Assembly: GCA_016934415.1 (NCBI GenBank)
Contig: JAFGSW010000039.1
Coordinates: 4,224-68,223 of the forward strand
Direction: 5' to 3'
DNA from: Spirochaetales bacterium
GTDB lineage: Bacteria; Spirochaetota; Spirochaetia; SZUA-6; RPPD01
DNA: 64,000 nucleotides
Shown: positions 62,264 to 64,000 of the stretch, piece after piece
Layout of the letters: each line of letters opens with the position of its first letter
Numbering within the stretch: the stretch's first letter is position 1
The notes under the pieces: model-generated
Database searches by the model: none
Told to the model about the DNA's origin: nothing
What the model saw: only the letters and a program-made list of their open reading frames with translations
Position numbers and translations under genes: made by a program

Positions 62264-62282
62264 ACGGCCGTGCGTCTCTACG
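62264..62282. repeat. REP half-copy CACGGCCGTGCGTCTCTAC inside a ~78-bp tandem repeat unit
   Basis: Unit (REP ..ccgtccaata..tccgRa..atttcgcRaaaa) repeated 2.2 times across 62181-62340. Confidence 0.55.
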
Positions 62283-62350
62283 TTTCCCGTCCAATAAATA
62301 GAATCCGAACCGACACGAACATTTCGCGAAAATCCACGGGCGCCTGCGGC

Positions 62351-64000
62351 TTATTTCAAGAGCTCCGCTTTCAGGAACAGGCCCGACGGGGTGAGATCGT
62401 CGTCCGTCCACGGGCCTGAGAGGGAGGCCGACGGCTTCAGGGCGGAGGTGGTTTCGTCGCAGGTGCTGAACGACCAGTTCATCCAGCTCAAATCGTTGGC
62501 GTCCATCCAATCGATCCACTCACGGGCGGAAACGAGGTCCATCGGCCCGGAGCTCAAGTGGAAGGCCGTGCCCCATTCGGTGACGAACAGGGGCAGGCCG
62601 CCGTCCAGGGCCGCCTGCGCGTATCGCCTCACGTCCGCTTTATGGGACGCGGCGTAAAAATGCTCGGTGTACATGATGTTGTCGTACTCCGTGATGGGAT
62701 CCTCCAGCACCAGGTCGGCCCGCTGGCTCCAGAACGGGGTGCCCACGATCACGACGTTGTCGTGATCGTCCGGATCGGAGCGGCGGATGACGTCGATGAC
62801 GCCGTCGCCCGCGTCGTCCGGGTCCCCCACCGCGTAGCGGCGGATTCTTTCCCAGGGGATGTTTCCCTCCGGCTCGTTCGTGATTTCGAAGATGACGTTG
62901 GGATACTTCCCCCATTTCGAGGACATCATCATGAAAAAGGTCTTCGCCTCGCTCAGGTATTCCAGGGGATCCGAATGGACGTGCCAGGAAATGATCACGT
63001 AGATGCCGTTGTTGATCGCGTCCCTGATGAACATGTTCGCCTGGTCGAGCATGTATTCCGGCTGGGAAACGAAGCCGTTCCAATAGCGGCCGTCCTTGAA
63101 CGCTTCAACGTAGAGCGCCATGCGCACCGCGTTGATCCTGAAATATTCCACGCAATGCGGAATCGTCTTCCCCGCCGAGAAGGGAAACCATTGCGGGCCG
63201 TGGGAGCTCACGCCCCGCAGGCGGACGGGGGCCCCGTTTTCCGCGCACAGTCTCCCGCCTTTCACCTGCAGGTGGCCGTTCTCGGCCACCACGCCGGTCC
63301 CCGGGGGATCGAGCGGGCCTTCCCCGCGGTAGAAAAAACCGTAGAGCATGTAGGATGAATTGACCGCGAACGCCGTCGCCACGAGCAGGGCGATGACGGG
63401 AATGAGCTTGAGCGGGTTCACCGCGCGCCGGGGTTTGACCGCGATGTTCGATGCCGCCGTCCGGACGAGCTTCGGTTCCTCCTCGGTTTTTACGATGAGA
63501 CAGCGTCCGCCGCGGTAGGAAATGTTGCCGATCACTTCTCCCCGCGTCAGCCGCCCGCGGCCGGACGGCAGCCGGAGCCGAAGACGGGCGCCCTCCGCGA
63601 TGTTCCGGGGGAAACGGACGATGAGTCTTTTTTCGCCGGCGACGCAGGCGGACGTCACCATATCCCTCCCGCAATCGAGAAGGAGCGGGAAAAAGGCGAC
63701 GTGATGCAGATGCCTGACGCGCATGCGCTGCCGCCGCAGCCCCTCCTGAAAGGCGATACCGATGACGCGGAGCTTTTCGCTTTCGCCGGAACGGGGGAAA
63801 TCGAGCTCGTACCGGTAGGCGGTTCGCTTCCCGGCGACGGGAAAGGCGGTCTTCGCCCGGATGCGCGCCTCAATCCCGCCCGTCGCGGTTTGGCCGTCGC
63901 CGACGTTCAGCGTCAGGACGGTGTCGCGGGGATAGTCATGTGCGCTCATGATGACGGCCGACGATTCGTTCCAGCATTCCACCGGGCACGTCTCGTCGCG
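62351..64000 (-). CDS. GH5 family glycoside hydrolase (cellulase-like) with N-terminal cytoplasmic domain and TM anchor; N-terminus may run past the window
   Basis: NGIYVIISWHVH, FEITNEPEG and VTEWGT motifs; TM segment LKLIPVIALLVATAF; no in-frame stop before 64000. Confidence 0.7.
   Translation of the reverse strand, partial: RDETCPVECWNESSAVIMSAHDYPRDTVLTLNVGDGQTATGGIEARIRAKTAFPVAGKRTAYRYELDFPRSGESEKLRVIGIAFQEGLRRQRMRVRHLHHVAFFPLLLDCGRDMVTSACVAGEKRLIVRFPRNIAEGARLRLRLPSGRGRLTRGEVIGNISYRGGRCLIVKTEEEPKLVRTAASNIAVKPRRAVNPLKLIPVIALLVATAFAVNSSYMLYGFFYRGEGPLDPPGTGVVAENGHLQVKGGRLCAENGAPVRLRGVSSHGPQWFPFSAGKTIPHCVEYFRINAVRMALYVEAFKDGRYWNGFVSQPEYMLDQANMFIRDAINNGIYVIISWHVHSDPLEYLSEAKTFFMMMSSKWGKYPNVIFEITNEPEGNIPWERIRRYAVGDPDDAGDGVIDVIRRSDPDDHDNVVIVGTPFWSQRADLVLEDPITEYDNIMYTEHFYAASHKADVRRYAQAALDGGLPLFVTEWGTAFHLSSGPMDLVSAREWIDWMDANDLSWMNWSFSTCDETTSALKPSASLSGPWTDDDLTPSGLFLKAELLK

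Noticed and set aside
62161-62340. Tandem ~78-bp repeats containing palindromes near the transposase, considered as a possible CRISPR array
   Set aside because: The units are palindromic REP copies with conserved flanks and no unique spacers. Together with the adjacent HuH tyrosine transposase this fits a REP/BIME cluster, not CRISPR. No cas genes are present.

Overview
This is a GC-rich (~62-65% by eye) bacterial chromosomal segment, densely packed with genes on both strands. The gene content (NifX-like proteins, radical SAM, CoA-disulfide reductase, FeoAB) points to an anaerobe. Housekeeping content includes all four acetyl-CoA carboxylase subunits in one operon (accB-accC-accD-accA), aroG-apbC-nifU-like, rsmA, yifB/comM, a leuC-leuD-ilvD block, htrA and uvrB. 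Metal homeostasis is represented by a Fur-family repressor with five copies of a candidate Fur-type box, a DtxR/MntR-type repressor placed divergently from feoAB, and a DUF1007 + NicO nickel/cobalt transporter pair. The most unusual content falls into four groups. (1) A Fur-box-controlled cluster at about 28.1-35.8 kb of unknown function: a DUF5320 protein, three stand-alone NifB/NifX-like (Nitro_FeMo-Co) proteins, a Gly-rich zinc-ribbon mini-protein, two MBL-fold proteins, a SAM methyltransferase, a J-domain protein, a fused tandem MinD/ParA-ferredoxin ATPase and a radical SAM enzyme. (2) Several families of 150-200 bp intergenic inverted-repeat elements with a purine-rich arm, an AT-rich centre and a pyrimidine-rich arm. 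Arms of these elements overlap gene 3' ends, bracket ilvD with perfect 19-bp inverted repeats, and flank an AT-rich foreign DUF4332 gene. (3) A REP-associated tyrosine transposase with a cluster of 28-bp perfect REP palindromes, one of them lying inside its own ORF. (4) uvrB appears to start at an AUC codon behind a strong SD. No rRNA, tRNA or CRISPR was found. Many large ORFs in the six-frame track are antisense or off-frame shadows typical of high-GC DNA and were rejected.
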